A DNA stretch of 64,000 nt from Iphione sp. A-MEVVRFRX5. Lineage: Eukaryota. Position numbers and translations under genes: made by a program. Positions 62,581 to 64,000 of this stretch are shown here, piece by piece (position 1 is the stretch's first letter; every line of letters starts with the position of its first letter). The notes below the pieces were generated by a model that made no database searches, was not told the DNA's origin, and saw nothing but the letters and a program-made list of their open reading frames with translations. The stretch is from NCBI GenBank assembly GCA_976226885.1, contig OZ320313.1, forward strand, positions 49,724,001 through 49,788,000. The letters run 5' to 3'.

Positions 62581-63469
62581 CAGGGTTCCCAGCATTTCAA
62601 GAAAACTAAATTCCCTGATATTTCCCTGATTTTTCCCTGATGAAGTGTCAAAATTCCATGATAATTACTTCAACTCATTTCTAGTTTCACGTTTTCTATA
62701 TTGTTGCAGTGAACTATTTGCAGTTTAAAACATTGTAATGTAAAAAAAAAATTGTACTATTACACAGGCATGTAATGGCCTCTCCTCTCCCCTTACAGCA
62801 ATCCTTTCCTCACCTTATACAGACGGAGATTGATTCAAAGTAATTCAAGTACACATCATTGAATTATTTAGTGTCAAAGTCGAATTGCAGAATTTTTTTG
62901 AGGGATTTATATTTCATAAAGCCCAGATTGAGTAGAACCCTGTGAACATTGATAGTTGCAGCTTTGGATATGTACATAATTTTATTCCACTCAGGGACTT
63001 GGGTAGTCTTCCCCTAAAACACCAAGGTCTGGGCATAGAGTTCAAGGTGGTATGTCTATGGTCTGGGCCACAATCTACAGTTCCCTATCATAGTGTGTAA
63101 GGAGAAGCAGCTCTGGAGGCAAGGGGCACTACTCCCTTTTGGCATTTTAGTGTGCACAATCATGTTTAAAGTTAGAGGCCTTATTTAGATGAGGCACTTC
63201 AACTACTTGTACTACAGTCAAAGAAGCTACACTAAAAAAGTCAAAGAAGCTACACTAAAAAAACCACCATATCCAGTCATCCAATGGATGTCATTTTGAT
63301 GCAAAATATATGTCTGAATGACCACTTTCGACTTTTGGGCCAATCAAATTCCCTGATTTTTCCCTGATTTGAGGCATTTTTATCAAATTCCCTGATTTTT
63401 CCCTGACTGGAAAAGAGTAAAATAATTTTCCCTGATTTCCCTGATTTCCCTGATGGGCTGGGAACCCTG
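62581..63469. mobile_element. 889-bp non-autonomous TIR element with 5-bp flanking repeat and TTCCCTGA subterminal arrays
   Basis: 13-bp perfect TIR CAGGGTTCCCAGC...GCTGGGAACCCTG; ACAGG immediately on both sides; TTCCCTGA x3 at the left end and x7 at the right end. Confidence 0.88.
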
Positions 63470-64000
63470 ACAGGTAAAGTGATATCATTACAGGAAAACT
63501 TCATTTAGTATATGACATGTTCTGGTTAAAAGGCAGACCAGACTAGCTCTTCGTATTCCTAGGACCACGATGTCACACTTCGAGCTGTCGGACATGGCCC
63601 TCATTATTTTGTCCGATGATAGTAGCATCAGAGTGGGCATCAATATCATCCTTTCTTGCCTACACATGTACTAACCATTCGGTATTAGGCTTAGAGCACT
63701 GTTGAATACATGTACTCTTCAGGTTTTCTTTCTGTGCACTGTCAAAATTAGAACATGGTACTGTACTTATATTCGGATTTGTATTAACACCTACTGTCAC
63801 AACTTGCCCACATATTAACAGATAGGAAAATAAGCAACTTTCAGTACAGGTACTTTTATTCACACTCTTACTCGTGGTTCCCTTCAGATTCGTTTACAAC
63901 AGCTAGAAAGCAGGCTTCCTGAATTTTCTAAGGAGGACGCCTTTTATTGGTCCACCGAACCTTTTTTACTTCCTTGCACAAGAGTTGAAATGAGCGACAG

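Overview
This is eukaryotic (animal, probably invertebrate bilaterian) genomic DNA, moderately AT-rich, with two assembly gaps (47526-47661, 54183-54330). One gene is well supported: a TSPAN6/7-like tetraspanin on the + strand with six phase-0 coding exons at 19239-21823. I could not find its first coding exon, so 1-19238 is probably a long first intron. That region is packed with transposon debris: a Penelope-like RT fragment, a candidate minimal hammerhead ribozyme, an RTE LINE, an L2/CR1/Crack-type LINE 3' end nested in a MITE, a tRNA-head SINE with a Deu/Nin-like core, two PIF/Harbinger-type MITE families plus a chimera of the two, a pogo/Tc1-like element carrying a minisatellite, and a 2-kb TIR element with nine copies of a 14-mer. 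A second, minus-strand gene is only weakly inferred from splice signals and a promoter-like region at 29.8-32.2 kb. From 32 to 64 kb I recognise no convincing coding exon, only CpG-rich patches, a few MITEs (two with unusual 5- and 6-bp flanking repeats) and microsatellites. Nearly all ORFs in the supplied track look spurious. I found no clear novel multi-gene system; the best leads are the ribozyme and the unclassified transposon families. All calls were made by eye, without database searches.
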